The translations under genes and the position numbers were made by a program. A stretch of DNA of 63,760 bases, the filler included, from Rhabdomonas costata (lineage: Eukaryota), in assembly GCA_019059605.1 (NCBI GenBank). It is 52 parts of 52 records of this genome, joined end to end, with 100 filler letters (N's around TTAATTAATTAA, not from the genome) between each part and the next. Parts side by side here need not be neighbours in the genome. Positions count along the whole stretch, not along the records: positions 60,177 to 61,304 come from JAHMHO010027223.1; positions 61,405 to 62,532 come from JAHMHO010027224.1; positions 62,633 to 63,760 come from JAHMHO010027225.1; 49 more parts are not named here. One strand, written 5' to 3'. The notes below the pieces were generated by a model. That model made no database searches. It was given only the letters and a program-made list of their open reading frames with translations, and was not told the origin of the DNA. Shown here piece after piece: positions 60,393-63,760 of the stretch; positions within the stretch are counted from its first letter, which is position 1, and each line of letters starts with the position of its first letter.

Positions 60393-61094
60393 GATACGCC
60401 GTGCATGCTGGGAATGGTGACGGATGAGAAGCAGCAGTCCTCGTGGGGCCTGTTCACGGCGTCTAGCTGCTACATCATCGATAACACCAGTTACCAAAGG
60501 TGTGTCCGCAGTCTCATTCAGGAGCATCGTAATGATCTGACCACCCTCCATTGTGCCCTCTGAAACCTCTTGCTGTTAAGCGCTTTTGACTTGAGATGGA
60601 AAAGAGACAAAGAGAACACTGATGGATGCGAATGCAGGAAAAATAAAGGACGTGTTTCGCGCATGGAGGTTTGTGATTCAACCGGTTAAGATTGGCACAC
60701 GTAGCAATCCAGAAGTTCTCTCTATTGTGTTGTCTGGGGAGGAGGGGGGATTTATGGTACCTGTCCGATGGCAAACTATGTCGAGATAACCGCAGCAGTA
60801 CTCGTCTGCGCAGTTCAACGGTGGACCAGTGCACTTGCCACGCGCAGTCTATCACAGAGGAAGTGTGTCCGGAGGTGCCAGTATGCGGAAAAATGGTTAC
60901 ACAAAATTTCAGGGAGATTTTGGTGGGTTTTCAGGATGCTTCGGGTTCCTGCCGTACCCAACGACGCGCAGCTGCAGGAGCTCTACCGCTCCCTTGGGGC
61001 GAAGTGGCTCAGCCACTGCGTCAAGGCCACCACCGGGGTGCAGGGCCGCGAGAGTAAATCCTCGCAGGCACTGAAGCTCAGTAACCTCATTCAG
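60393..61094 (+). CDS. DUF3684-like protein; exons 60393-60499 and 60935-61094
   Basis: PCMLG...CYIIDN..Y.R|...P.D..LQELYRSLGAKWLS.CV; clean AG/GT borders in frame; family call is from memory. Confidence 0.5.
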
Positions 61095-61789
61095 GTATGG
61101 CCTGCGGCTGCGGCCCCTTGCATGTGCGCACGCTTGTATGTGCACCTGTTGGATTGGGTTGGAAGCTTGGCCGGTCGCCATTTTTCGTCTTCGGTGACGG
61201 GCGCCTCACTTGTTACAGTATTTCGTCATTCTTGCTCTTACAGTGGAAGTGTTGAGGTAGCTATCTCAAAGAAAGAAAGAAGGAACATGGCAACTGCAGG
61301 CAACNNNNNNNNNNNNNNNNNNNNNNNNNNNNNNNNNNNNNNNNNNNNTTAATTAATTAANNNNNNNNNNNNNNNNNNNNNNNNNNNNNNNNNNNNNNNN
61401 NNNNGTGTTGGTGTGTTTGGGTGTTTTTGGTGGAAGAGCCGTACTTTTGCGTCGGGTTCCATTTTCTGGCAGTGCACTGTGGGGCGGTGCGGATGTTGGG
61501 GTAAACCAAGGGACCGACAGAGCCGGTCTGATGGCGCTAATGCACAGAGTCGTAGCAACAAGAAAGGCGTCCGTGGGACAGCACGAGAAAAGCAGCTGAA
61601 GCTCCTTGACCAGGAGGAAATTATCCCTTGTTGGGTGTGGAGAGGGCTGGTGAGCAGTACCAAGTGGCAATTGCGGGTGCGCGCTGGCGAATTTCAGGGA
61701 GAAAACGAGAGCGCTTGAGAGAATTGGAAGCATTTCTGAAATCTAAAACACAAGTGCCCGGAATTAAGCTCATTCCACACCATTGCCGC

Positions 61790-62061
61790 ACAAGGTGAGC
61801 GATGAGCTCCCAGGCACTGGGATCCACACCAACCCGGGGCCGGTAAGCATTGTGCACTGCCTTTGGAATGCCCAGCAAAAGCGGGGCCAGCGAAGGGGGT
61901 GCATGCCCGTTGACAGGCAGGTTGACCGGCTTTGTGAGGTCACTCAGCAGGGTGTCTTGCACCACGGTGGGCCCGCACTGCAGCAGCTCCCGGAGGTACA
62001 AAGGTCGGAAGCCCGAGGGACCCGCGCTGGAGCCGGGAGGGAAGGAGAGGGCCGCACGCAA
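61790..62061 (-). mobile_element. CRE-clade non-LTR retrotransposon RT fragment (degenerate)
   Basis: RAALSFPPGSSAGPSGFRPLYLRELL...LLSDLTK.VNL..NG.AP..LAPLLLG.PK...RP matches CRE-type RT domains 0-2. Confidence 0.7.
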
Positions 62062-62759
62062 AACTTCATTAGGGTAAAAATATAATCCTCGTTCTTGTTC
62101 TTAACGGAAGCACGCGTTTGGCTCAGGGGGCAACGCGATGAAAGTCTGTGGGCTCACGAATGCAACACGAGGGCTTTGTAGTATTTTAAGTAATGATTTA
62201 TTAACTTCTTCTGAAACGAGCTTAATTTCAGATTTTCTTTTTCTTTCATTGCTAATTCAAGTTGCATGTCTTCGTTTGTTTGTGTAAGATGGATTTAGCA
62301 GATGGCGTTCACCATGAGAACGAAGGGACCGTTCTTGGGCATCTCGCAGTTGCTCCCAGGGTTGCTTCGCAAGATGCTGACCTTCTGAGTGAGTTCAGCG
62401 GACCCCATGTGTTGACCGCTTCTCCGGAGGAAGCCAACTCCTCTGAGCAGGTTCAAATGCAGGACTCAGACATAGCCAGTGCCGGGACAAAACCGCTCCC
62501 TTTACGAAGAAGTGCACGCGCTCCCAAACCCCNNNNNNNNNNNNNNNNNNNNNNNNNNNNNNNNNNNNNNNNNNNNTTAATTAATTAANNNNNNNNNNNN
62601 NNNNNNNNNNNNNNNNNNNNNNNNNNNNNNNNGGGTTTGTGGCTTTATAAAACCAAGCTCCTGGAGGATATTCGGCTGCTTCAGCAATCCTCATCAAAGA
62701 GGTGTACCACAGCACTTGTGTTCCCCATTGTGCGGTGTTACCAACACCTCCAGAGATTC

Positions 62760-63760
62760 AGAGGCTCAATCAATAATTTGCGCACATCGTTCCTGTGTCA
62801 GTTCCCGGAGGGTTACCAATTCAAGGAGGACGTACCACAGGATTGATTTGATGCCTAACAGTAAGGTACCAGCACAGAGTCTGTACCTAATGTCCCCGGG
62901 GGAAGATGAGGATTGCTGAAGCAGCCGAATATCCTCCAGGAGCTTGGTTTTATAAAGCCAGAAACCTCGCATTATGACGCGTGTGTGCTGTTCGTTCCAA
63001 AGGCCAACGGTAAGTTGCGGCTGTGTGTTGATTACAGACCGCTTAATGCAATTACGGTTACACATGCGTAACACTTACCACGAATTGACGAGATGATTGA
63101 TCACGCGGGAAAGGCGAAGTGGTTCTCGAAGCTGGATTTGCATCCTGGATTTCATCAGATCCGCATTCATTCAGAGCATGTGGAGAGGACGGCATTCAAG
63201 ACAAATTGTGGTTCGCTCCAATTCAGTCATGCCATTTTGGTTGTGCAATGCCTCAGCCACGTCTCAGATAACAATGGATTTCATTTTAGAGGACTTGAGA
63301 GACAACAGGGGCTTATGTGGATCACATTTTGGTCCACGCGGATACACTGGACGCCAATGTGGAGGCTTTCAGGAAGTTGTACCAGAGATTAGACCGAGAG
63401 AAGCTGTATGCTAATCCAGAGGAGTGCATTTTCGCCCAACCAGAGGTGGATTATTGTGTATTTATTGTGGGGACAAATGGGATCATGCCCCATCCGATGA
63501 AGTTAATGGCAGTGTACAAGTGGCCTTGCGGAACCCTACAGATGTGAAGAGTTTCCTCGGGCTGTGTGGGTTTTACCAGAGATTCGCGGAAGATTACGCC
63601 ACAGTGGCAGCCACACTGACGGACTTAGTGAAGAGGAAGAAGGAGTGGGTGTGGAGCAAAGATTGATAGACTGCGTTTCAGAGGCTGAACGCCAGACATT
63701 GGAAACATCCAGTATTAGTGGTTCCAGAGTTTAAGAAGCCAATGGTGCTTCACACCGACC
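62760..63760 (+). mobile_element. Degenerate Ty3/Gypsy pol: RT and start of RNase H
   Basis: [60 protein letters not shown] (YxDD lost), VKSFLGLCGFYQRF, PMVLHTD; several frameshifts and stops. Confidence 0.95.

Overview
This is not contiguous DNA. It is about 52 unplaced eukaryotic contigs of nearly identical length (~1.13 kb) joined by an artificial 100-bp spacer (44 N + TTAATTAATTAA + 44 N), so neighbouring contigs are not linked. Contig ends carry G/T-only (5') or A/C-only (3') tails and many terminal fold-backs, which points to adaptor-primed whole-genome amplification. The inserts come from an intron-rich (GT-AG) protist genome, probably a euglenid, judged from a BLUF domain closely resembling the second BLUF of Euglena photoactivated adenylyl cyclase (PAC). 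Recognisable gene fragments are: PAC-like BLUF, two Cache/dCache receptors, HisKA and HATPase histidine-kinase exons, two class III cyclase exons, MAPK, TTBK/CK1 and a third kinase, FHA, Kelch, PX, a Cys-less E2 variant, a YTHDF-type m6A reader, NOP58, RluA- and TruA-type pseudouridine synthases, a FUT8-like glycosyltransferase, a C69 peptidase and a bacterial-type radical SAM C-terminus. Degenerate mobile elements include Ty3/Gypsy (one with an upstream dUTPase relic), Merlin, CRE-like and a dispersed ~300-bp repeat. There is also a USP pseudogene whose His-box runs into a 7-bp minisatellite. All family calls rest on motif recognition by eye; no searches were run.
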